64,000 nucleotides of DNA from Candidatus Bathyarchaeia archaeon (GTDB lineage: Bacteria; Patescibacteriota; Microgenomatia; PFEM01; JAFGMK01). Positions within the stretch are counted from its first letter, which is position 1. Each line of letters opens with the position of its first letter. Positions 27,799 through 36,990 of this stretch are shown here, in pieces. Location: NCBI GenBank assembly GCA_035529595.1, contig DATKWK010000039.1:14751-78750 (forward strand), written 5' to 3'. Under the pieces are notes generated by a model that saw only the letters and a list, made by a program, of their open reading frames with translations, did no database searches and was not told the origin of the DNA. A program made the position numbers and the translations under genes.

Positions 27799-28554
27799 AT
27801 GGATGAAGATTTTAGAACAGGAGATATAAAAGAAATAGCTAAGGAAAGAACAATAAATGATGCTGTTCTTCTTAGGCGAGGTGCTAGTTATGTGCTTGAC
27901 GAGCAGACTGGGAAGTTAAGACTTAGGCCGACTCGAGGGCAAGTCGAAGATGCCCGGTTTGAAATGGAAGATTATATGGAAAAACGCGCTCGTATTGATG
28001 AAGATGCAAAAAGTGCCGCCGAAATGTTTGGTGATAAACCAATTGATTATGTATTTGACGAAAAGCAACAAGTTCGGTTCCAAAAAGTCTTAGCTCAACA
28101 TCTTAATCTTGGAGAAGTTAAATTAGAGGGAGCTTCTAGGATAGTGATGCGATACGAAGAGGATGAGCAAAAAAATGTGCGAGAATTAGCCGGGATCGAA
28201 GTAAAATATATTTTACCGAATCAAGGAGAGGCTACAGTCATGATTGAAGGTTTTACTCATCAAGAATTAGCTTCTGTTCTTATAGGAAAAGAGAAACCAA
28301 CAGCGGAGGAGATTGTGTCTTGGAAAGAGCAGAGTGATGAAAGATCTCAAACAGAATGTTTCGATCTAGGATGGGATGACTTTCCGCTTGGCCCTAACTG
28401 GAGAGAGATTTATCATCCTATGCTAAAAGGAATGAAAATCGGTCGTGATCATGAGGCGGCAGTTCAGTTGGAGCATCATCTTATAAGAGGGTTTGGCTAT
28501 GAGGCCGAATTTGAAGAATTAGTTGGCATTAAGTTAGAACCAATAAAAAAATAG
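27799..28554 (+). CDS. hypothetical protein (cassette gene 1)
   Basis: Strong RBS 'agaaggaggtgaaaatt' 8 nt upstream of ATG; acidic soluble protein; no recognised motif. The track start is GTG 27790. Confidence 0.5.
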   Translation: MDEDFRTGDIKEIAKERTINDAVLLRRGASYVLDEQTGKLRLRPTRGQVEDARFEMEDYMEKRARIDEDAKSAAEMFGDKPIDYVFDEKQQVRFQKVLAQHLNLGEVKLEGASRIVMRYEEDEQKNVRELAGIEVKYILPNQGEATVMIEGFTHQELASVLIGKEKPTAEEIVSWKEQSDERSQTECFDLGWDDFPLGPNWREIYHPMLKGMKIGRDHEAAVQLEHHLIRGFGYEAEFEELVGIKLEPIKK

Positions 28555-28636
28555 AGCGACCTTTAGATTCTTATAAATGAATGGCGGGTCAAATTATTTT
28601 TGCTAAGTTCAAAATAAGAAGGAGGTGAAAATTGTT

Positions 28637-29056
28637 ATGGATGAACAAGTAGGTGTTCTTGAAGGCGTTGTCAACACGGGGCAGAAAGATCTTAAACATT
28701 ATCGAGAAACTATTACCCAAGGAGAAATTGAAGAAGCAAAACAATTAGTTGAGGATGTGGTTTTTTTAGCAAGTTGGGATGGAGCGGCAGCCGATGGGAC
28801 AATTTGGCATTGGTATCCTAAAGAAGGTGGAGATTCTCTTCCTGTTGCTCGTGTAAATTCAGCTTATGAAGGTCGGGGTTTTGAAGGACTCAAAGGAGCC
28901 CAGATGTTTCTGGAGGACCATGGAAAACATACTTATTCTGAGGAAGATGAAAAAAGAATGACACCCGATCTAAAGGCGGTAGACTACATAAGAGGAAAGC
29001 AACAACTGTGGCAAGCAAAGGGTAAAGAAGCGCCGCGGTTTCGAGTAAAGGTATAA
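28637..29056 (+). CDS. hypothetical protein (cassette gene 2)
   Basis: Identical RBS block 'agaaggaggtgaaaatt' followed by 'ATGGATGAA', as for gene 1; no recognised motif. The track start is GTG 28625. Confidence 0.5.
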   Translation: MDEQVGVLEGVVNTGQKDLKHYRETITQGEIEEAKQLVEDVVFLASWDGAAADGTIWHWYPKEGGDSLPVARVNSAYEGRGFEGLKGAQMFLEDHGKHTYSEEDEKRMTPDLKAVDYIRGKQQLWQAKGKEAPRFRVKV

Positions 29057-29170
29057 ATCCCAAAAAAAGATTTTTTTGTGACTTTTTATCTTACCTGTTA
29101 TAAATTGTAAAGTACAAAATACAGGTGAGAAGTTTTCTTGTGCCAAAAAATTTAATTGAACACTGTTTAA

Positions 29171-29305
29171 AATTGTCGCTGTTTCGATTCGATGGGAATG
29201 AAAGGTTTCGCGCAGTCTGCTAGAGATTATCAGGAGTTGCTTGCAAAGTACGGTTTGATGAGCGACAATATTGTCAGAGAAGGATTAAATCTTTTAAAAG
29301 AATGA
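29171..29305 (+). pseudogene. displaced 3' end of the transketolase C-subunit gene (44 codons, in frame to TGA 29303-29305, overlapping the eamA-like ATG)
   Basis: Translates to '...FDSMGMKGFAQSARDYQELLAKYGLMSDNIVREGLNLLKE*', a canonical Tkt C-terminus paralogous to the tail of the 26790-27782 CDS. Confidence 0.6.
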
Positions 29306-29724
29306 ACACAGAAAATTTTATCTACCTTTTGTTAATATTTATACTTTGGGGTACTTGGGGTTTCTTCAGTAAAATTGCCACCAATAGATTGGGCGGTTTC
29401 CAGACAATGTTCTGGGATTCTCTTGGTTTCATTTTGGCTTTTATTTTTTTTCTCCTTCTAAGCTTAAAGAAATTGCTGCCCTTAAAAACAAATCTTCCGG
29501 AAATTTTCCTGGCTGCTTTAGGAGGGGTATTCGGGATGTTAGGTTACATTTTTTTCTATTTGCTTTTATCAAAAAATGAAGCAAGTATTGTTGTTCCATT
29601 GACTGCTTTATATCCAGCTTTAACTATTTTTTTGGCAGTTTTATTTTTAAAAGAAGCGTTGAGTATTACTCACCTTGCTGGTATTATTCTAGCTCTTTTA
29701 TCGATCTTTTTGTTAACGAAATGA
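29302..29724 (+). CDS. small DMT/EamA-like membrane protein (4 TM)
   Basis: Four TM segments of the EamA-domain type. Confidence 0.5.
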   Translation: MNTENFIYLLLIFILWGTWGFFSKIATNRLGGFQTMFWDSLGFILAFIFFLLLSLKKLLPLKTNLPEIFLAALGGVFGMLGYIFFYLLLSKNEASIVVPLTALYPALTIFLAVLFLKEALSITHLAGIILALLSIFLLTK

Positions 29725-29732
29725 TTTTTTAA

Positions 29733-30596
29733 ATGGATCAATCTTTAAAGAACTGGTTAATTAGAGCCAGACAGGAAAAATTTGCTATTGGTGCTTTTAA
29801 CGCCGCCAACTTAGAAGTTGTTAAGGCAATCGTCGCGGCAGCCGAAGAGACTCAAAGTCCGGTGATTATTGAGGCTTCTCAGGGAGAGATTGGCTATTTT
29901 GGTTTTGAGAACTTAATGGCGATAGTGTCCAATTTTCGGGAAAGTACCGAGCTACCGGTTTTTACTAATCTTGATCACGGAAGTGAGATTGAGATGATTG
30001 AAAAAGCGATCGCAGTTGGTTTTGACATGGTTCATTTCGACGGTTCCGACTTGGAATTCGATGAAAATTTAAAGACCTCAGCTCAATTAACCGCCTTGGC
30101 GCATGAGAAAGGAATTTTAGTTGAAATCGAGTTTGAAAAGATTCAGGGTTCTTCACAGGCATATCTTGATAAAACCGCCGAGGAGGTTCAGCTTCAGGGG
30201 GAGTATACCGATCCTGACAAAGCAGCTCAGATAATTAGCAAGACCGGTGCGGATATCTTAGCGGTCTCCATCGGCAATCTGCATGGTGTTTATCAAACTC
30301 CGGAAACTATCGATCTATCCCAGCTTGAAAAAATAAGCAACCTTGTACCTTGTTTCCTTTCTTTGCATGGTGGATCTGGAATAGAAGAAAGGCAGTTGCA
30401 AGAAGCAATTAAATTAGGGATTGGTAAGGTAAATGTTAATACTGATTTACGTTTGGCTTACCGGCAAACTTTAGAAAATGTTTTAAGGGGGTCGGATGAG
30501 ATCAAGATTTATAAATTCATGCCACCGGTAATCGGAGCAGTGCAGAAAGTGGTTGAAGAAAAAATACATATTTTTGGCAGCGAGGGAAAAGCATGA
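29733..30596 (+). CDS. fba: class II fructose-bisphosphate (or tagatose-bisphosphate) aldolase
   Basis: 'AFNAANLEVVKAIVAAAEETQSPVIIEASQGE', 'LDHG', 'VHFDGS' and 'SLHGGSG'. Confidence 0.85.
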   Translation: MDQSLKNWLIRARQEKFAIGAFNAANLEVVKAIVAAAEETQSPVIIEASQGEIGYFGFENLMAIVSNFRESTELPVFTNLDHGSEIEMIEKAIAVGFDMVHFDGSDLEFDENLKTSAQLTALAHEKGILVEIEFEKIQGSSQAYLDKTAEEVQLQGEYTDPDKAAQIISKTGADILAVSIGNLHGVYQTPETIDLSQLEKISNLVPCFLSLHGGSGIEERQLQEAIKLGIGKVNVNTDLRLAYRQTLENVLRGSDEIKIYKFMPPVIGAVQKVVEEKIHIFGSEGKA

Positions 30597-31576
30597 ACTA
30601 TGATGTAATTTCTTTCGGGTCAGCAACCCTGGATGTTTTCATCAAATCCAAAGATTTTCAGGTTCTGGGCACAAATAAAGTTTTTACCGGTCAGGCACTT
30701 ATTGTGCCTTATGGAGCTAAATGCGAAGTTGACCAATTGATGGTCCAATCTGGTGGAGGAGGGACTAATACCGCTGTCGGTTTTTCCCGGTTGGGACTTA
30801 AGGCGGCAATAGTCGCTCGTTGTGGCTGGGATTTTGCCGGAAAGATTATCAGGAAAGAATTGATTAAAGAAAGAGTCGATGATTCATTACTGGTTAAAGT
30901 TAATAAGGAAGAGGCTACCGATTATTCAACGATCCTGATCGGACCGGATGGCGACCGGACAATTTTGGTTTATCGGGGTAAAACCCGATTGGAATGGAAG
31001 ATAATTGATTTTAGGAGACTCGAAAGCCGCTGGTTTTACATCTCGTCGCTTGAAGGCAATCTATCTCTATTGAAGGAGTTACTGAATTTTGCCCATCGTC
31101 ATAAGATAAAGGTAGCTGTTAATCCAGGTAGAAAGGAATTAAATCAAAAGGAATTGCTTTTACCATTATTCAGTGAGATAGATGTGGTTATTCTGAATCG
31201 TGAGGAAGCAGCTCTTTTGACCGGATTAACAATAGACGATAAAAAAACTTTTCCGGCAATAGCTGCTTCGGTGAAGGAGTTGGCAGTTATTACTGATAGC
31301 TCAAGAGGACTAAGTCTTTATACCGGTAAGAAGAGACAGTTAACCAGTGACAGTTTTAAGGTTGATATGGTTGAGTCTACCGGTCCTGGTGATGCCTTCG
31401 GTTGCGGTTTTGTTGCTGGTTTGGCGATGGACTGGAAACTTGAAGACTGTCTAAAACTTGGTAGTGCTAACGGAGCGTCGGTAGTAAGCCATATTGGCGC
31501 CAAAACCGGTTTACTCAGTAGAAATGAAGCGGCTAAATGGATGAATAAACCGTTAACAATAAAATGGACCGGTTAG
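30593..31576 (+). CDS. PfkB-family carbohydrate kinase
   Basis: Ribokinase-fold GG motif and C-terminal 'DSTGPGDAFGCGFVAGL'. Confidence 0.75.
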   Translation: MNYDVISFGSATLDVFIKSKDFQVLGTNKVFTGQALIVPYGAKCEVDQLMVQSGGGGTNTAVGFSRLGLKAAIVARCGWDFAGKIIRKELIKERVDDSLLVKVNKEEATDYSTILIGPDGDRTILVYRGKTRLEWKIIDFRRLESRWFYISSLEGNLSLLKELLNFAHRHKIKVAVNPGRKELNQKELLLPLFSEIDVVILNREEAALLTGLTIDDKKTFPAIAASVKELAVITDSSRGLSLYTGKKRQLTSDSFKVDMVESTGPGDAFGCGFVAGLAMDWKLEDCLKLGSANGASVVSHIGAKTGLLSRNEAAKWMNKPLTIKWTG

Positions 31577-31714
31577 TAGTAGAATTGGGAAAATAGTGAA
31601 ATATAAATATTTTCTAGTTCGCTTTTAAATATTGATTATTGGATAAGTTTTTTTCTCATTAGTCTTCTTAGGAAAATAAAACGAAGAAAAGGCGAAACTT
31701 TTAGTCTATAAGGC

Positions 31715-31984
31715 TTGACTTTTAAAGCATTACCGAATATCACTTTTATGACCGGAGAATTAAACCGAATCAGACAGTTTGAGGTGCTTAAGCCGCCCCT
31801 TAAAAGGGAAGGGAACCAGCTTAAAAAAAAAGTCAAATTTCACTTTGACGGGCGGTGGTTGATTGCCATTCTTTTTTTGTTCACTGTTATCGCCAGTCTT
31901 TATTTTTACTTGAAAACCGAGTTGCCTCGTTGGTGGGAAGAATTTTTTTCTCCGTCGGTAGTGATTTACCAGTCGCCCAAGTAG
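31715..31984 (+). CDS. small membrane hypothetical protein
   Basis: One TM segment; weak call. Confidence 0.2.
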   Translation: MTFKALPNITFMTGELNRIRQFEVLKPPLKREGNQLKKKVKFHFDGRWLIAILFLFTVIASLYFYLKTELPRWWEEFFSPSVVIYQSPK

Positions 31985-31998
31985 ATATTAGGAATTTT

Positions 31999-34533
31999 TT
32001 ATCTGCTGATGATTTCCCAAACTACTTCGCCCTCTTTAGGGGGTTGATAATCAACGATAGCTGGTTGGGGAAAGATGATCTTTTCATCTTCAGTGCCTAA
32101 AATCTTTTCCCGTTCTGTTTTTTCTTCGTCCTCAGTCGGCTTTAAAAAACAGTGATTTTTTGGCTCGGTGCCGGCAGTAAAAATTTCGGTTTTAACCGGA
32201 CAACCCAGGCAGGGGAGGGTACCGGTTAACGGACAGATCTTTGTTTCGATAATTCCTTCAGGACGAGAAAAAGGGGTGTCCTCTTTATCGGCAATTAAAG
32301 TAGTCATGATTTTGTTCCAAATGGATGAAGCACCGGTAAGACCGGAGGCAATGTAGCTCATGGGCGAATTGTCATTATTGCCAACCCAGGCAGCCACCAA
32401 AATATCAGGTGTATAACCGATGGTCCAGTTGTCTCGAAGACTGTTAGTTGTTCCGGTTTTAACAGCTATAGTTTTGTCGGGAATAACAAGGAGTGAATGG
32501 CTGCCAAAAGCAGGGGTTCGTGCCTGGTTGTCAGTTAGGATATCATTGATCAAATAAGTAGTTTGAGGATTTAGGACTTGTTTAGGCTGGCAGATTTTTT
32601 CTTTAACTGCTTCAGCGGCCGGGGCGTCTGGCGAATCGCTGCTTTCTTGAGCGCATTCATTACCGGAATAAAGTTTTCCCCGATAATCGCTGACCTGTAA
32701 AATTGGATTAAGGTTAATTTGTTGACCTGAATTTGCCAACGTTCCATAAACTACGGCTAAATCGATCATTTTAACCTCTCCGCCACCAAGGGTTAAAGAA
32801 AGACCAAAACGGTCTTCGTTGTTCCAGGTAGTGATACCTAATTTTTTCCCCATCTCGATCATTTTATTAACGCCGTAGGAGGAAAGAATTTTCACTGCCG
32901 GTACATTATAGGAGGAAGCGAGGGCGGTTCGGAGAGAAATATTTCCGTGGAATCGGTTATCGTAGTTGCGTGGAGAATAGGGCGGCTGTCCCGGGATTTT
33001 GTAAGTAATCGGTGTATCGGAAAGAATTGTTGCGGGGGTATAACCCAGTCCTAAAGCGACGGCGTAGTTGACTGGTTTAATCGCCGATCCCGGTTGACGG
33101 GGGCGGAGCGTTACATTAACGTTGCCATCATGCTCGGTATCAAAGAAGTTTTTCGAACCGACCATCGCCAGAATTTCTCCGGTCTTAGGGTTGGTAATTA
33201 AAACGGCGCCGTTGGTTACCGATAATTTTTTTAAGTTTTCAAGCTCTTCGCTGACAACTTTTTGGGCAAAATTCTGAATTTCCAGATCGAGACTGGTAAT
33301 TACCTCCAGGCCACCTTCTTCAACTAACTGTTCGCCGAATCGTCGGACTAACAAATCTTTGACGTACATCGTAAAATGAGGCGCATAGATATTAGTCTCT
33401 TGAGGAGCAAATTGGAGTTCAGTAGCTTTGGCGACTTCTGCTTCTTCGGGGGTAATGAAGTTTTCTGCTATCATTCTCTGTAGCACTTGAATTTGGCGTT
33501 TTTTAGCCATCTCGGGATGGGCCCCAAAAGGAGAATAAAGGGTAGGTGAAGCCGGTAAACCAGCCAGAAGAGCAGACTCGGCTAAATTAAGATCGCGGAC
33601 TGATTTGCCAAAATATTTCCAAGCAGCTTCCTCGGCGCCGTAAGCTGCACCACCATAGCCGACCTCGTTTAGATACATCTGAAGAATTTCCTCCTTATTA
33701 AATCGCATCTCTGTTTGGATGGAAAGAACTAGCTCTTTAATCTTGCGAATCAGCGTTCGCTCGGAAGAAAGTAAGGCATTTTTCACTAATTGCTGGGTAA
33801 TAGTTGAGCCACCCTGAAGCTTGCCTTCGGCCAAATTTTTAGCCAGTGAACGCAAAATACCTCTTGGAGAAAAACCGTAGTGTTGGTAAAATTCCGCATC
33901 TTCGATAGCCACCGTTGTCTGGATCAGGTAAGGGGGAATATCTTCGATTTTCACCAAACTTCGATTTTGGTTCCGATAGATTTTATAAAGTAAGCGACCC
34001 GTGCGGTCAAAAATCTTGGTGGAAACGACTTGACTTCGAGTAACCAGGCGATCAGGTTGGGGGAGGTCTTTTAAAATGATGGTGTAGCCCCAATAACCGC
34101 TACCGGCCAAAACGGTGAGAATTAAAAGAAAGAGAAAGAACTTCCATCCGAGTTTGGTTAATCTTAATTTAAGAGAAAGATGCTGCTTCGGTTTAATCTC
34201 AGGTTGGACAGAACAGGGTCTTGCTTTCGGATTTAAAGACAAGATTATTTTCCCTAAACCGGAAAAAAGAGAGGTGACCAGATCTAAAGCAAAGAGGAAC
34301 AATTGGATGATTAGGTCAAAGACTAATTGGATAAGACCGGTAATGGTTTTGAAGACGAATAGGCACGAAACCTTTAGCATCAGGAGGAATCGAATAAGCA
34401 GAAGCCATAATTCAAAAAGCAGCCAAAGAACCGGCCGACCGATAATTTCAAGGATAAATCCGGCAAGATTAAAAAAAATTTTAACAAGTTTGGCGATCCC
34501 GCCGTTGGCAGGACCTGTCCTTTTCATCGCCAT
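31999..34533 (-). CDS. penicillin-binding protein 1A (bifunctional GT51 transglycosylase/transpeptidase) with a ~140-aa multi-TM N-terminal extension
   Basis: GT51 'EDAEFYQHYGF'; transpeptidase SxxK 'GSAIKP', 'SYN' and 'KTGTTN'. Confidence 0.85.
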   Translation of the reverse strand: MAMKRTGPANGGIAKLVKIFFNLAGFILEIIGRPVLWLLFELWLLLIRFLLMLKVSCLFVFKTITGLIQLVFDLIIQLFLFALDLVTSLFSGLGKIILSLNPKARPCSVQPEIKPKQHLSLKLRLTKLGWKFFLFLLILTVLAGSGYWGYTIILKDLPQPDRLVTRSQVVSTKIFDRTGRLLYKIYRNQNRSLVKIEDIPPYLIQTTVAIEDAEFYQHYGFSPRGILRSLAKNLAEGKLQGGSTITQQLVKNALLSSERTLIRKIKELVLSIQTEMRFNKEEILQMYLNEVGYGGAAYGAEEAAWKYFGKSVRDLNLAESALLAGLPASPTLYSPFGAHPEMAKKRQIQVLQRMIAENFITPEEAEVAKATELQFAPQETNIYAPHFTMYVKDLLVRRFGEQLVEEGGLEVITSLDLEIQNFAQKVVSEELENLKKLSVTNGAVLITNPKTGEILAMVGSKNFFDTEHDGNVNVTLRPRQPGSAIKPVNYAVALGLGYTPATILSDTPITYKIPGQPPYSPRNYDNRFHGNISLRTALASSYNVPAVKILSSYGVNKMIEMGKKLGITTWNNEDRFGLSLTLGGGEVKMIDLAVVYGTLANSGQQINLNPILQVSDYRGKLYSGNECAQESSDSPDAPAAEAVKEKICQPKQVLNPQTTYLINDILTDNQARTPAFGSHSLLVIPDKTIAVKTGTTNSLRDNWTIGYTPDILVAAWVGNNDNSPMSYIASGLTGASSIWNKIMTTLIADKEDTPFSRPEGIIETKICPLTGTLPCLGCPVKTEIFTAGTEPKNHCFLKPTEDEEKTEREKILGTEDEKIIFPQPAIVDYQPPKEGEVVWEIISR

Positions 34534-34597
34534 AACCCGTATTTTAGTCTAGATTAAGGGAAAAATGAAGAGATAATTTGGAAATAGGAATTAGTCG

Positions 34598-36868
34598 TTA
34601 GGGAGTCGGAACGGGTAGGCTTTGAACCAGAGAGGTAGTATTTAAAACAGTTGCTCCGTTTGGGAAAGGACAATCAAGGCAATAGGGAGTGCCTAACTTA
34701 TCCCAGATAACCTGATGCTCTTGGATCTCAACATTTTCCGGTAGAGTTTTTCTATCAGCCAGTTGGCCCGTGGTTTTGTCAGTAGCAATTCCTCGTTTTA
34801 GATTCTCACTTTCGGTGGGAACGGTGCCGTCAATGAAGTATTCAAAACGGATTTGGCAAGGATTGTCTGGTGCTGGTCTAAGGCCGGAAGTATTACAAAT
34901 ATTGGCACCAACGATTCCTTCCGGTTTAAAGGGCCAACGTTGTTTTTGCTCTTCAAGCACTTGACTCATGATCTTATTCCAAATTGGCGAGGCACCGGTG
35001 ATGCCCGAAGCGACGGCACTCATCGGCGAATTATCATTATTGCCTACCCAGACAGCCACTAAAAAATCAGGAGTGTAGCCAATTGTCCAATTGTCCCGTT
35101 TGTCATTAGTGGTTCCGGTCTTGACGGAAACTTCCGGGTGGTCTTTGATGACTAACTGAGAGCGGCTACCGAAGGCAGTCGAGCGGGCGTAATTATCAAG
35201 AAGGATGTGAGAGATTAGATAGGCAGTTTCCATGGAAATTACTCTTTCTCCGAGATTTTCCTGGTATTGATAAAGGGTTTTTCCCTGCCAGTCTTCGACT
35301 TTGTCAATGGCGTAGAGTTTCTGTTTAATACCATTATTGGCAAAAGCGGAAAAAGCAATTGCCATATCATACATCGTCACCTCGCCACCGCCCAGAGTTA
35401 AAGAAAGCCCGTAATTAACCGGATCAGAGAAGGTTGAAATGCCCATCTTTCTGGCAAAGTTGATAAGCTGGCTGACGCCGTTAATTGCTAGCGTTTTGAC
35501 TGCCGGGATATTGTAAGAATTACCGAGGGCAAATCTGACTTGAGTCGGACCGTGAAAGCGGCCGTCGTAGTTAACCGGACAATAGAAGGGGCCGCTACCC
35601 GTGAAACAGGTAGGAACATCGTTTAAAACAGAAGCCGGTGTCAGTGTTTTATTTTCAAAGGCAAGCGCATAGTTAATAGGTTTAATAGAAGAACCCGGTT
35701 GCCGAGGCCGGAGAACGACATTGACATTACCATCATGCTCGAGGTCAAAATAATCATGAGAGCCGATCAAGGCTAAAATTTCTCCGCTTCCCGGTTTAGT
35801 AATTAAGGCGGCGCCATTAGTGACGTCAAGCTTTTCCAGTTTATTGATTTCATCAGCAATTGTCTGCTGGGTAAATTGCTGTAAAGTGAGATTGAGAGTG
35901 GTAGTGACACGCAGTCCTCCTTGTTCAACCAGATGTTCGCCAAATTTTTCTACTAATTGGTCTTTAATCCACAAGGCAAAGTGAGGCGCTTCAATTCCCA
36001 AAGTTACCGGGGCAAAATTAAGCTCTTCCTTTTTAGCATTTTCTTTTTCCTCCTGGCTAATATAGCCGTCTTCAAGCATTCTTTGCAAAACTCGTTCTTG
36101 TCGACTTTTGGCCAGTTCCGGATGAGCGCCAAATGGAGAAAAGCGTGTTGGAGAGGCAGGTAGGCCAGCTAAAAGAGCGGACTCGGCAAGATTTAAATCT
36201 GAGGCAGGCTTGTTGAAATATGTCTGAGCGGCTGCTTCGATTCCCCAAGCCGCGCCTCCGTAGGGCACTTGGTTTAAATACATTTCCAAGATTTTATCTT
36301 TAGAATAGATCATTTCGGTGGTCCAGGCAAGAATTGCTTCTCTAATTTTGCGTCTCAGGGTTCTTTCAGGTGTCAGGAGGGCATTTTTAACCAGTTGCTG
36401 GGTAATAGTTGAGCCGCCTTGTAAAGTCTGGCGGAAAACAATATTGTAAAAGGCCCTCAAAATACTATGAGGAGCAAAACCATGATGGCGGTAAAAATCT
36501 TTATCTTCGGAAGCAATTGTTGCCCAGCGGAGATGGTCGGGTAAATTCTCCAGATTAACCGGGGTTCGTTTTTTCTCAGCGTAAATTTCATACAGTAGAT
36601 TTCCCTGCCGGTCAAAAATTTTGGTGGACACGGGAAAAGGAGTCGTAGTTAAACTGGTAGGCGAAGGTAAATCCTTGAGAATTAATAAATAAAAAATTAA
36701 AAGTAGAGATGACAGAATAAGTATTAAAGGGTAGTTCCTTTTCCAGAATCGAACAAATTTAGAGAGCGGTTTTTTTTGTTTTTGAATTGTCCCCATCTTC
36801 GACTCAGTTCTCTTTGCGAACATAAATCGAGGTTTTTTCTTTAATTTATTTCGGATTTTTTTCATCAA
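34598..36868 (-). CDS. penicillin-binding protein 1A (second tandem paralog)
   Basis: GT51 'EDKDFYRHHGF'; 'GSSIKP', 'SYN' and 'KTGTTND'. Confidence 0.85.
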   Translation of the reverse strand: MMKKIRNKLKKKPRFMFAKRTESKMGTIQKQKKPLSKFVRFWKRNYPLILILSSLLLIFYLLILKDLPSPTSLTTTPFPVSTKIFDRQGNLLYEIYAEKKRTPVNLENLPDHLRWATIASEDKDFYRHHGFAPHSILRAFYNIVFRQTLQGGSTITQQLVKNALLTPERTLRRKIREAILAWTTEMIYSKDKILEMYLNQVPYGGAAWGIEAAAQTYFNKPASDLNLAESALLAGLPASPTRFSPFGAHPELAKSRQERVLQRMLEDGYISQEEKENAKKEELNFAPVTLGIEAPHFALWIKDQLVEKFGEHLVEQGGLRVTTTLNLTLQQFTQQTIADEINKLEKLDVTNGAALITKPGSGEILALIGSHDYFDLEHDGNVNVVLRPRQPGSSIKPINYALAFENKTLTPASVLNDVPTCFTGSGPFYCPVNYDGRFHGPTQVRFALGNSYNIPAVKTLAINGVSQLINFARKMGISTFSDPVNYGLSLTLGGGEVTMYDMAIAFSAFANNGIKQKLYAIDKVEDWQGKTLYQYQENLGERVISMETAYLISHILLDNYARSTAFGSRSQLVIKDHPEVSVKTGTTNDKRDNWTIGYTPDFLVAVWVGNNDNSPMSAVASGITGASPIWNKIMSQVLEEQKQRWPFKPEGIVGANICNTSGLRPAPDNPCQIRFEYFIDGTVPTESENLKRGIATDKTTGQLADRKTLPENVEIQEHQVIWDKLGTPYCLDCPFPNGATVLNTTSLVQSLPVPTP

Positions 36869-36990
36869 TAGTATTATAACAAAGCTTTATCTAAATTATT
36901 GGCGAAAAACAATTGCTTATTTTCTTAGTTTTGGTAATTTGGTATTATTCATTTAACGATTCAGCAGACTCTTAAAAAAACAGACACAAG

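Noticed and set aside
34115-35062. Plus-strand ORFs 34115..34552, 34770..34964, 34853..35062 and 35957..36163
   Set aside because: They are antisense to the two PBP1A genes, which have intact catalytic motifs.
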